Part shown: piece after piece, positions 39,723 to 49,217 of the stretch | Numbering within the stretch: the first letter of the stretch is position 1 | How the letters are laid out: every line of letters starts with the position of its first letter | Source of the DNA: Bdellovibrio sp. | GTDB taxonomy: Bacteria; Bdellovibrionota; Bdellovibrionia; Bdellovibrionales; Bdellovibrionaceae | Direction of reading: 5' to 3' | Length of the DNA stretch: 50,391 nucleotides | Assembly (NCBI GenBank): GCA_046318155.1 | Contig: JBKCUU010000068.1 | Location: forward strand, 1-50,391 | Made by a program: the position numbers and the translations under genes | Notes under the pieces: model-generated | Database searches by the model: none | Told to the model about the DNA's origin: nothing | The model's input: only the letters and a program-made list of their open reading frames with translations

Positions 39723-41477
39723 GTGAAGTTTTTAAGCTTGAAATGGAAAATCGCCTTTGCCATGGCCGGCCTCAGTGTTCTGGTTGTGATTCTTTATGTC
39801 ATGCTCGCGAAAAACACCTTCGAGCAGGATAAAATCTCCTACGTCTATGACACCCAGCAGACGCAAGCGGATTTGCTGAGTAGTTCGATCTCTCAGCGGA
39901 TTGAACGGGTTGTCTTGCAGTCGCAGCTTTTGACCAGTCAGTACCTGAGAGACAATCAGGTGCCCGAGTTGTCCTCGGGCGTGGATGCCAATTTTGAACT
40001 TCTTGTTTATGATGTCGAACAGGCCAAGGTTTTATTTCATTCCGCCAAATCTGCAAAGCGAATGAGCGCGCCCTCGATTTGGCCCCGGCTTGACGCAAAT
40101 AAAAAGATTTCGATCATCGTGCGGGATTCACAAAACTGGGATGTCATCTCGCTCCTTCGGGATGCTTCGAACCGGACAAATCTCTACGTGATGTCACCGG
40201 TCCAGCTTGGAAGTGATTTTTCGAGCCTTCGAGACACTCAAAATGTCGTTCTCGCCACCGACTCCGAATTGGCTCCGGTTCGATTCGAGGCACCTGCATT
40301 TGAATCGATCAAAAACAATCTTTTGGCACATTCTTCAGGTCAAACCTTAGCCACAACTTTTGAACTAAGCGGTACAGGTGACGAACAACTGGTTTCCTTG
40401 GCGTTTTTGACTATCAAGCCGTATCGCATTTTGATTTTATCGCGCACTCAAGAGGCGCTCCAAGCACTGCAGCTATTGTTTAAGCGATCCGTGTTTTTTA
40501 TCATCTTCTCGGTGGGCCTTATTTTTGGCCTCTCCTTTTTGCTTTCACGTCAGCTCACCAGTGCGCTTTCGATGCTGACGTCAAATACCGAACGCGTGGG
40601 CGAAGGCGACTTTACTCAAGGCGATCAAGTCCGCTCGAATGACGAAATTGGGCAGCTCGCTGGCGCTTTCGAGATTATGAAGCGTAAAATCTTGGAGCTG
40701 CTGGATAAAACCAAAGAAACCGCGCGCATGGAGCAAGAGCTCAAGACAACCAAACTGGTCCAAGAAAGTCTGTTTCCTAAAAAATCTGTTTTTCGATTCA
40801 ACACGTTTGCCATCAGCGGCTACTTTCAAACCAGCACAGAGTGTGGCGGCGACTGGTGGTATTATTTTACTTCTGGTGATGACCTTTACATCGCCATCGC
40901 TGATGCAACTGGACACGGAACACCTGCCGCCCTGATCACGGCGACGGCCCGTTCGTGCTTTTCCTTCTTTGAGAAAAACCCCACCTCTTTGCCGAACATG
41001 ATGAATGAGTGGTCAGACGCGGTGATGGCGTGTTCGAATCAGCGTGTTTTTATGACCGGTATGATCTTTAAGTTTAACTCGAAAACCGGTGCCTACGAGT
41101 ACCTCAACGCCAGTCACGAGCCCCCATTTCATTTTCGAAATGACAAAAATCTTTTTTATGCCGAACCCATTCCCGTCGACAGCAATAAAACACTTGGTGA
41201 GACGATGAAAATCGACTGGAAAGTCATGAGCGGTCAGCTTGGGTCCACCGAAAAAATGATGATCTTTACGGATGGTCTTTTTGCGATTACCGACAAAGCC
41301 GGCTCGCTACTTTCTGAAAAGCGCGCAATCACGCAGATTCAAAAAATTGCGGACTCAGCTCAGTCACTTGAGCAGTTTGCAGCCAAATCGATGGAGATTT
41401 TTGAGAAACACCGGCAGGGTACGCTACTCCCTGATGACGTTACTGCCATCTTTGTTCAACGCGAAACCAGTACTTAA
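39723..41477 (+). CDS. Membrane sensor with HAMP and SpoIIE/PP2C phosphatase domains (RsbU-like)
   Basis: Two TM segments around a periplasmic domain; HAMP (SNDEIGQLAGAF); GGDWW, IADATGHG, FTDG and DDVT motifs. Confidence 0.92.
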   Translation: MKFLSLKWKIAFAMAGLSVLVVILYVMLAKNTFEQDKISYVYDTQQTQADLLSSSISQRIERVVLQSQLLTSQYLRDNQVPELSSGVDANFELLVYDVEQAKVLFHSAKSAKRMSAPSIWPRLDANKKISIIVRDSQNWDVISLLRDASNRTNLYVMSPVQLGSDFSSLRDTQNVVLATDSELAPVRFEAPAFESIKNNLLAHSSGQTLATTFELSGTGDEQLVSLAFLTIKPYRILILSRTQEALQALQLLFKRSVFFIIFSVGLIFGLSFLLSRQLTSALSMLTSNTERVGEGDFTQGDQVRSNDEIGQLAGAFEIMKRKILELLDKTKETARMEQELKTTKLVQESLFPKKSVFRFNTFAISGYFQTSTECGGDWWYYFTSGDDLYIAIADATGHGTPAALITATARSCFSFFEKNPTSLPNMMNEWSDAVMACSNQRVFMTGMIFKFNSKTGAYEYLNASHEPPFHFRNDKNLFYAEPIPVDSNKTLGETMKIDWKVMSGQLGSTEKMMIFTDGLFAITDKAGSLLSEKRAITQIQKIADSAQSLEQFAAKSMEIFEKHRQGTLLPDDVTAIFVQRETST

Positions 41478-41480
41478 TTG

Positions 41481-41984
41481 TTAAATCGATTTGGGGCTCA
41501 AAGTCAGTTGTAGCTGTGCAGAGCGGGGCCCGACTTGATCAAAACTTTCGAGATTTAAAATAATAACGCCGCTCTTTTTCAAGTCAAAAAAAGAATCTGT
41601 CAATCCAGACAAAATCCAACTCGCAAATACGCTGAGCTGCGGTTCATGGCCAACGGCAATCACACTTGTGGAATTGGGCGCGTGGGACTTAAGCCAATTG
41701 GCAAAAGCCTGCGGCGGTGCTGAGGGCACGAGCTCAGTGCTCTCGAGGTACCGTTCGCATTTAACAACTCCAGCAATGATCTCGGCGGTTTGCTGTGCAC
41801 GGATCAAGGGCGAGGACACCAAAACCTGAACGTCCCCCAATAAAAGTTCGTGCAAGTGGTGCGACATTTTCAGAGTTTTTTCGACGCCCTTTTTGGTCAA
41901 CGGGCGAAGGCTGTCGTCAAGCTTCTTGACGGCCGATACCTCGCGGTCCATCGCCAGTCCGTGCCGAAACAAAATCAACTTCAA
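41481..41984 (-). CDS. sixA: Phosphohistidine phosphatase SixA
   Basis: LFRHG, RPLT.KG, SSP..RA.QTA and VGHEP motifs; translationally coupled to ppk1. Confidence 0.9.
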   Translation of the reverse strand: MKLILFRHGLAMDREVSAVKKLDDSLRPLTKKGVEKTLKMSHHLHELLLGDVQVLVSSPLIRAQQTAEIIAGVVKCERYLESTELVPSAPPQAFANWLKSHAPNSTSVIAVGHEPQLSVFASWILSGLTDSFFDLKKSGVIILNLESFDQVGPRSAQLQLTLSPKSI

Positions 41985-44128
41985 GGGCTCCCCTCGCTCG
42001 AATCCTCTTCGAGGCCGGCAGCGCGCGCCTTGGTCACAGTCATCATTTGAGATTGAATGCCGATATCACTGCCTTTGCGTTGCACGTAGCTGCCGTCCAA
42101 GTGCATATCCCAAGTTTGACGTTGGTCTTTTAAATGCATTTGCAAAAGCTCCCAAAGTTTTTCACGAAGTGCTCGCTCAATGATCGGAACGATACACTCA
42201 ACTCGGGCATGCAGATTTCGGTACATCCAATCGGCCGAGCCTAAGAAAAATTCGCCGTCCAAGGGGTCAATCGCGCCATTGCGAAAATAAAAGAACCGGC
42301 TGTGCTCAAGAAACCGGCCGATGACCGACATCACCCGAACGCGCTCGCTCAGCCCCATCACCCCAGGACGTAAGCAGCAAAAGCCGCGCACGACCAAATC
42401 AATCTCGACGCCGCTCTGAGAGGCATTGTAAAGCGCCATGGCGATATCGTTCTCTTCCATGTTGTTCATTTTGGCAAAAATCTGGGCGGGCCTCCCCGCT
42501 TTCGCATGCTCAGCTTCACGGTCGATCATTTGCTTAAACTTCGAGAACATATTGACCGGCGCGATCAGCAAGTTTTCGTAATTTGTTTTGAGTGACCGGC
42601 CCGTCAGAAAGTGAAAAAACTCAACGAGTTCAGACGTGATTTCTTCACGTCCCGTCAGCAGGCCAAGATCGGTGTAAAACTTTGAAGTGGCCGCATTGTA
42701 GTTGCCGGTCCCGATGTGGGCGTAACAGCGCAGTCCATCGGCCTCTTGCCGCACGACAAGCGCCGTTTTTGCGTGCGTTTTCAAGCCGACAACGCCATAC
42801 ACGACATGCACGCCCGCGTTCTCGAGCTCTTGCGCCCAATAGATATTGCGTTCTTCATCAAACCTGGCTTTGAGCTCAACCAAACAGACGACTTGCTTAC
42901 CCTCTTCGGCCGCGCGGATCAGCGCCTTGATAAACGGAGAATTGTCGCCCGTTCGATACAGCGTCATCTTTATCGCCAAAACTTTAGGATCATCACAGGC
43001 CACGCGAATAAACTTTTCGACCGACATCGCAAAGCTTTCAAAAGGATGATGCACGAGCTGATCTGAGTGCTTAAGCAAATTAAAAATCGCCTGCGGGTCA
43101 TCATCCAAAAAAGCCGGCGGAACGACGGGTGACCAGGGTTCATACTTCAATTTCGAGATCTTCAAATCGGCGACGATATTAAGACTGGTGTAATCCAGCT
43201 CTTCTTTGAGCTCATAAACGTCTTCATCACTCAGCTCAAGCTCTTCCATCAAAAACTTCAGCATCCAAGGGTCAGGATTTGGGCCATGCTCAAGGCGAAC
43301 CACCTCGGCAAAACGCCGCTGGCGGAGCTCCTCTTCAATCATCGCAAGTAAATCTTCGGCATCTTCTTCATCACGAGTAATGTCGGCATTTCGGGTTAGC
43401 CGAAATGGCATAATACCAAGAACCTGCATCGAGGGAAACAGGCCCCCCATATTTTCGGTGATGACGTCGAGCAAACTGACATATCGATAAGTATCGGGCG
43501 TGAGCTCAAGGCGAATCCACTGCGCGAGTACCTGCGGGACTTTGACCCGAGCAAAAAGTTTTTCTTCGCGTTCGGGATGCTTGAGCGTCACACCCAAAGA
43601 CGTCGACAAGTTTGAAATGAACGGAAAGGGATGCCCCGGATCGACCGAAAGTGGCGTCAGAACCGGAAAGACATTCTTGCTGTAATACTTTTGCGTCCAC
43701 TCTTTTTCTTTGGCGGTCAGATCTTTCCAATCTAGCAAATAAATGTTCGCTGCCTTCAGCGCGGGCTTTAAAACCTTGCCAAAGACATCGGCCTTGTCAT
43801 GCAAGAGCTGTAAAACTTGAACGCGGATTTCTTGCAATTGCTGAACAGGCGTTTTGCCGTCCGAAGATTTGGGCGAAATCCCGATTGCCACCTGGCGCTT
43901 CAGGCCCCCGACTCGCTTCATAAAAAATTCGTCAAGATTCGAATTGCAAATTGCTAGAAAGCGCACACGCTCGAGCAAGGGTGTGCGTTCGTCCATTGCT
44001 TCGTGCAAAACGCGTTTGTTAAAATTCAGCCAACCAATTTCGCGGTTGGTAAACTCTGTTTCGGACGAGAGCGGGTGCTCCATAATCTTGGGTTTTTTCT
44101 TACGTTTCGAGGTCTTGGCCTTTTTCAT
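41981..44128 (-). CDS. ppk1: Polyphosphate kinase 1
   Basis: NREIGWL.FN.RVL, SNLDEFFMKRV, HPFPFISN, ELKARFDE, KTHAK, GTGNYN and GRFLEHSR motifs. Start 44128 (44083 also possible). Confidence 0.97.
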   Translation of the reverse strand: MKKAKTSKRKKKPKIMEHPLSSETEFTNREIGWLNFNKRVLHEAMDERTPLLERVRFLAICNSNLDEFFMKRVGGLKRQVAIGISPKSSDGKTPVQQLQEIRVQVLQLLHDKADVFGKVLKPALKAANIYLLDWKDLTAKEKEWTQKYYSKNVFPVLTPLSVDPGHPFPFISNLSTSLGVTLKHPEREEKLFARVKVPQVLAQWIRLELTPDTYRYVSLLDVITENMGGLFPSMQVLGIMPFRLTRNADITRDEEDAEDLLAMIEEELRQRRFAEVVRLEHGPNPDPWMLKFLMEELELSDEDVYELKEELDYTSLNIVADLKISKLKYEPWSPVVPPAFLDDDPQAIFNLLKHSDQLVHHPFESFAMSVEKFIRVACDDPKVLAIKMTLYRTGDNSPFIKALIRAAEEGKQVVCLVELKARFDEERNIYWAQELENAGVHVVYGVVGLKTHAKTALVVRQEADGLRCYAHIGTGNYNAATSKFYTDLGLLTGREEITSELVEFFHFLTGRSLKTNYENLLIAPVNMFSKFKQMIDREAEHAKAGRPAQIFAKMNNMEENDIAMALYNASQSGVEIDLVVRGFCCLRPGVMGLSERVRVMSVIGRFLEHSRFFYFRNGAIDPLDGEFFLGSADWMYRNLHARVECIVPIIERALREKLWELLQMHLKDQRQTWDMHLDGSYVQRKGSDIGIQSQMMTVTKARAAGLEEDSSEGSP

Positions 44129-44199
44129 AAGTGGTCTCAGTTTAAGACGGAAGGCCCCCAGCCTGGTACCCATTTTTCGTCATGTTTTGATCTTTAGGC

Positions 44200-44207
44200 C
44201 CCGATAA
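44200..44207 (+). promoter_or_regulatory. Sigma28-type -10 element
   Basis: CCCGATAA, 6 nt before the ATG at 44214; weak -35 (TCATG). Confidence 0.5.
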
Positions 44208-44213
44208 GAGTCT

Positions 44214-44705
44214 ATGGTTTCTAACCTGGCCCATTATGTCGCACGCAGTCCACGTTATATCTTGCAACCGCATGATAACACCTTGATTCGAGTCGCTGGA
44301 CCTCAGCAAACTCCTTGGGAAGAGGGCACCGAAATCCATAACGTTTCACTCTCGGGCTTAGCGTTTACCGCGCCTGCAGACCTCAGTCCGATGATTGGCG
44401 AATCCATTAAAATCCAGTTTGATACTCAAAGCGGCGATTCCATGGCTTGCTTGGCTTTGGTCGTGCGCCTCGAGAAAGCAGGTCGAAGTACGACCCGCGT
44501 TGCGGTTAAATTTATGAAACTCGAAATGCCGCAGCGCCTAGCGCTGGCTCAAGCGCTGGCGCAAAAGCTCAAGGATCAGACGAACTTTGCCGAACGCCAA
44601 GACCGTGTTCTCTGGTGGGAAGGCAAGAAGGCCCGCTTGTTCATGGCGGGGACCGCGGCCCTTCTTTGGCTCGCACTCCTTCACTTCTTTTGGTTCCGTT
44701 CTTAA
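44214..44705 (+). CDS. PilZ domain protein with a C-terminal TM helix
   Basis: RSPR and NVSLSG (D/NxSxxG) motifs; C-terminal hydrophobic helix. Confidence 0.85.
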   Translation: MVSNLAHYVARSPRYILQPHDNTLIRVAGPQQTPWEEGTEIHNVSLSGLAFTAPADLSPMIGESIKIQFDTQSGDSMACLALVVRLEKAGRSTTRVAVKFMKLEMPQRLALAQALAQKLKDQTNFAERQDRVLWWEGKKARLFMAGTAALLWLALLHFFWFRS

Positions 44706-44740
44706 AGAAAGGCCATTGGCAAGCATCTCTTTTTAAGCGG

Positions 44741-45046
44741 TTATGCGGCGACGCCTTTTTCAAGCAAGCGGTCGAGCACGCGATTCGAGGCGATAAACGA
44801 AACACCCGTTCGATTGCCTTCGCGCCACATGACTTCGGCGTTCACATGGTGCTTGCGGTTGAGTGAGCGCAGCACGATGGTCATGCGGATCAGGTCACCT
44901 TGGCGGATTTCATAGTCTTCGTGTTTCCACTCGAGGCAAGCTCCACTCGCAGACATATTGCGAACGCTCATGATCATTTGACCATTACGTCCATAAATTT
45001 CAACGGCGGCCATTTCTTTGGTCGGATGCCTGGGTGCAGGTTCCAT
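44741..45046 (-). CDS. Single-domain PilZ protein
   Basis: APR..NMSASG..AEVMWR..GVSF; SD GGGAG. The RxxxR motif is incomplete. Confidence 0.82.
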   Translation of the reverse strand: MEPAPRHPTKEMAAVEIYGRNGQMIMSVRNMSASGACLEWKHEDYEIRQGDLIRMTIVLRSLNRKHHVNAEVMWREGNRTGVSFIASNRVLDRLLEKGVAA

Positions 45047-45066
45047 GCGAATTCTCCCTGCCAGAC

Positions 45067-45074
45067 TTATCGGC
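45067..45074 (-). promoter_or_regulatory. Sigma28-type -10 element
   Basis: Perfect GCCGATAA on the minus strand, 20 nt upstream of the PilZ ATG; poor -35. Confidence 0.5.
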
Positions 45075-45442
45075 AGGCGATTTGAAAACACAAGACTGGC
45101 TCGTCGGCATTCTCGTTTTGAGACAAAAAGTTTCGCGTCCTGGGTGAGGAGTGGCAGTTCAATTGGAGCCAGTGAATCGTTTGCTCCTCAAAATGTAAAT
45201 AAAGAGGAGGTTTTGCGAGAAAAGCAGAAGTCAGCGTTTTTGGAAAAAACGGATTTTCTTGAAAAAACAAAACCCAAAGAAAAATGCTGGGCTACCGTTT
45301 CAGAATGAAGGGGTTTGGCAAACCAGGATTTACATGGTGGTGTGAGACTAGCGAAAAATGAGACCAAGTGTCATCGAAAACAGGCAAGCCGCCCGGATCT
45401 AGACATACGCTATCTTGAATTCAACAAGATCCCATTTGATTT

Positions 45443-45458
45443 TGGCACCTGCTTTGCT
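45443..45458 (+). promoter_or_regulatory. Sigma54 promoter
   Basis: TGGCAC-CTGCT-TTGCT is an exact consensus match, ~65 nt upstream of the ATG at 45524. Confidence 0.75.
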
Positions 45459-45523
45459 CCTTCTTTTTTTTCAAGTAACGTTTCGTTTGTCGCTTTGAGT
45501 TTATGTCGACTTGGGAGATAAAA

Positions 45524-46441
45524 ATGACCAACTATTTTACAGGTGCCATTCTTTTTGTGTCAGCTTATGCCATCTTGTTAATGCCCGCAATGGCCTATAC
45601 TCAAGAACTTCAAGCAACAAACCAAGACTATCAAAATCTGATTTTAGATCATCAATCAATTACAATTGAAAAACTGGAGAGGGCGTTTGGCTCCTTCGAT
45701 AAGATCGTGGCAGACCAGGTCGTCTTAGCGAATCGGTATCGAGAGGTTGAACAGTTAGCGAAAGACTTCAGTAAAAATGATCCCGATCTCTAAACTCTAC
45801 CTTCTGTGTATAGTTTTTACGAAAAGAAGAAAAATGTCTTTCTGACTCGAGTCGGAATTTCCTCAAGTGAAATCAGCGAATACCTCTTCACCACCAACGA
45901 AATGCGTGAATTTTTCAGGTCCAATAACTATTCGTTAACGCAACTATCGGACCAATTAATAGATCTTTTTAAACATCATGATCACTATACTTCAGTTGTT
46001 GCTCGAAACCGCTTCTTGGTTATGCTGGATAAATATGGTTCGACTTTGTCAGATAGAATTGGTGACATTTTAAAACATCAATACAGCAGCATTAATCCTG
46101 ATGGAAGAAAACCCTTAGACAGCTTTTTTCATAAATCACTATATCGAATATCAGCAGATGACAGTTCACATGCAAACGTCAATGTATCGAAGAAATCTTT
46201 AGAGTTTTTGAGCCTAATTCTAAGCATAAGACTTTCAAAAACCACAAAGGAAGTTGTTGCGCTGGGGCTGGAAAATGCTCAAAAAACCTCTAAGTATCTC
46301 TTGTTTGAGAATGGTCTTACAATAGAAAGATCTCGTGATGAAGAGATTCGGAGACGTTTTGCAGATTCAAATTACAAGTTTTATTATGAAAAAGTTTTTA
46401 CTTCAAAAGCCAGGACCAAGTGCGAATTGATTTTTAACTGA
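45524..46441 (+). pseudogene. Secreted hypothetical protein gene interrupted by one in-frame TAA
   Basis: SD GGGAG and a signal peptide. ORFs 45503-45793 and 45806-46441 share a frame and are separated only by the TAA at 45791-45793. AT-rich. Confidence 0.7.
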
Positions 46442-46477
46442 ACAACACTTGCTGACTGTTGGAGTTGCTGACGAAGC

Positions 46478-47648
46478 CTAAATCAAACCGCGCCGTTGGC
46501 TAGATACAGCCAATATCTTCTTCGCAAGATCATTATTTTGCTTATAAAGCGAATCAAGCTTTTCACATTCGCTTGATTTCAATGAAGGAACCACGGATCT
46601 CCAAACTAATTTACCGGTATACGTTGCAGGCTGAGGTAAAACCAAAAGAACTGAGGGCTTCGCCTGGTCAACTAAAACACGTTGGAAATTAGCATGTTGG
46701 ATGAATTTGATAGCTGTGTCGCCAGAGAAGCCTCCCTGTCCACCTCTGTTTCCACGAAGTAGGGGTTATATCCAACTCAATTTTGGAATCATTCAATATC
46801 TGCGCCGTACGGAACTTTAGGGCGCGGCGCTCCTGCATTGATTATAAAGATCTCTAAAGTTTTACAGTTTAAATGAGACGCTAAAAGCGCAGGTACGGTT
46901 GTTTCTTCATCTCGCGCGGTTTGTTCGAGAGAATCTAAGGCTTTTCCGATTCCGATTGAAACAATAGGATTGAATTGAGCCAAACGCATTCGGGGCTCGC
47001 TCTTGATCTCCATGTGACTACTTTCTTTGTTCAAGAAATTGATTATGGCTTCGATTGCAGATTCCGCAGAGTAAGACCATTCCTCCGAATTGTCAGAAAA
47101 TCCCGCTATAAAATAAAGTTCTCGAGGATCAAAACCAACAGAAATTTCAAAGGGTGAAGCTTGTAGTATTGATTTTGCCATAGACTTGAAAACGTAATGG
47201 CAGCGCCTTAGAATGTCACGTTTCAAAATTTGAATTCTCTTGAAGACTTTGTCGCTTTAACTTCTGGGATAAAAAATCATTTCTGGAATTAGGCCCAAAG
47301 AAACGAAAATCGCAGTTGAGCCGCGCTTGCCCGATACGGTTTGAATTTGCCAAGCATGGGGTTTTGGTCTAGGTGCGCTGTAAGGCTCGCTTTAAATAGC
47401 GGCCAATTCTTTCTGCTCGCGAACTCAGCGCCAAAAGCATAAGCTAGCGAGCAGATTGAAATGTCATATGAACACCATCAGCTCGACGTTCGAGCCAGAA
47501 GGATCTGAAACGTAGAAATTCAGGAATATTCGGCCAGCTCGGTCGAATTTACCCGAACCCCGCTTGGAGTCTCGTGCAGGCTCCGAACGCGGCTCTAAGC
47601 CCGGAGTATGCTGAAAAAAGACTTTGTAAATAATTTTTTGAATTTCAT
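46478..47648 (-). pseudogene. Decayed hypothetical gene remnant(s)
   Basis: Signal-like start MKFKKLFTKSFFSIL at 47648; 145-aa open stretch at 46789-47226; terminal stretch GGFSGDTAIKFIQHANFQ..GLI-stop at 46478. Whether this is one gene is inferred. Confidence 0.45.
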
Positions 47649-47830
47649 GTCAGTCATGGCCTTTCGGATTGTGCTGCCTTGTATCCGTCAACAAATCCCC
47701 GCCGATAAGTAGTTTGCCAGTGGGTGCCTTGGCATTCTTGAGTTCCATCTCCCGGAAGCGGGTGAATACTCGCGTAGCTTTGGTTTTGCTGGGGGAACGT
47801 CAGGCCTCCGGCGAAAAAGGCAATTCCTAA

Positions 47831-48478
47831 GGGCGGGATTTTACGATCACTCGACTTGAACTCATTGCACACTGGTTTGGACTCTCGCTGTTCGAGTTTT
47901 TTGAGATCGTAAATAGACATGAAGCGGGTCCTCATAAGTTTACGCTCAAGCAAGAAACTCATCTCGCGCGACAGCCAATCGCCCTCTACGTGCTTCTCTT
48001 GTTAGGAGCTGGCTTACCTCTGTCTGAAGTTCAGCGAAGATCGGCCTTATCCAATTCAGAACTTCAGAAGCATCTCCTTTATTTGGATAAAATTGATGTC
48101 GTCGATCGTGGCGCCGAGGGTAAAGTTCGCGTACTTTGTCGAGGGCCCTACCAGTGGATTCCCCAAGGGCCATTGCAAAAAAAACTGATTCGTGCTTATC
48201 TCGATCAGGTTTCATCGTTAATCGCTGTTAGTCCTCCGCCGAAATCTTTACAGCTTCCTTTCGAACTTTATCTTTCAAAAAAGACGGTTAAAAAAATGCA
48301 GGATGATCTGCGATCAGTTTTTGAGAAATATCGAAGTTTTTCCCGCGTCGAACACGAGACGACCCCACCTCATGAGCTTGTGGCAACTTCAGGTCTCATC
48401 CTATTGCAAGACTTTGATGGCTGGGGTAATCTTTTGCTCCGCAAGAATATGAATTTGTTTTCGTCAAAGAGTTATTGA
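47831..48478 (+). pseudogene. 5'-truncated XRE-type HTH transcriptional regulator
   Basis: In-frame upstream extension DFTITRLELIAHWFGLSLFEFF..FT.KQE..LA, then L..LDKI..W.PQGP. An in-frame TAA at 47828-47830 and no N-terminal HTH start. Confidence 0.65.
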
Positions 48479-48688
48479 CTAACGCATAAATAAAGGCGCA
48501 TCAGATAAAATTGATCGAACTCGTTGGGGTTGGCTTTTCTAGAGCGATTGGTTTGCGTCGACTCAAGATATTTTGAAAATGTTTGGGGCAAACATCGAAG
48601 CGAAATCTGCAAAGCAAAAACGCTCAGTCTCCTGAGCGTTTTTGAGCGTCATGTCGTGGATGAAGCAAGTGTCAAATGGCCAGAAAAA

Positions 48689-49108
48689 CTATTGCCCTAC
48701 CTTTTCATCATAAGCACGCATTAAATCGTAAAACGCCTCTTCGAGGTCTTTGCTTTCACACGAGGCCGTTAGCCAGGCATTAGCGTTGATTTCAGATTTA
48801 ACCCAAGTTCTTCCGTTGGAGAACAATTCATTAGCGTCGACCTTATTCGACTTTCCATTCGCGGAAAGAGTAATCTCTGAATAGAGCGGACTGAATTCAA
48901 AAGTGCCTTCGAACTTAGTTTTCTCTATATTAAATTTCTTTATCCTAATGTGATCACTCTTGAATCTGACCGTCGTAATAGTACTGCTAACGGATGAGTT
49001 GCTGTTGCCTTCGCTATATCTAATTTCGCACACAGCAAAATTTTTCGAAGTCGCCGCGTACGAATAGGCACAAAATAGGTTTAAAAATAAACAGATGCCA
49101 ATTTTCAT
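48689..49108 (-). CDS. Small secreted hypothetical protein
   Basis: SD AAGGA; signal peptide MKIGICLFLNLFCAYSYA; two Cys in the mature part; AT-rich. Confidence 0.75.
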   Translation of the reverse strand: MKIGICLFLNLFCAYSYAATSKNFAVCEIRYSEGNSNSSVSSTITTVRFKSDHIRIKKFNIEKTKFEGTFEFSPLYSEITLSANGKSNKVDANELFSNGRTWVKSEINANAWLTASCESKDLEEAFYDLMRAYDEKVGQ

Positions 49109-49217
49109 AAATTCCTTCTTTGAGTGTTTGTTTTTACTTTATTCTTGGCTGGGAGCAAGTTGTCAACAACCTCATGATCTTGGGGTTAAATGAAGAGGAA
49201 GCTGCACCAGCAAATCT

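Noticed and set aside
1949..44207. Many 60-165 aa ORFs overlapping or antisense to core genes
   Set aside because: Shadow ORFs of well-supported genes.
45317..45400. GGCAAACC near the PilZ genes as a possible c-di-GMP-I riboswitch
   Set aside because: No GAAA tetraloop stem or GACGCAAAG follows.
47701..47708. Perfect GCCGATAA
   Set aside because: No -35, no intact downstream start, and it lies in a minus-strand coding remnant.
48477..48530. attC-like TAAC...GTT after a stop codon (integron cassette idea)
   Set aside because: Poor internal complementarity, imperfect R boxes, no repeats and no integrase.
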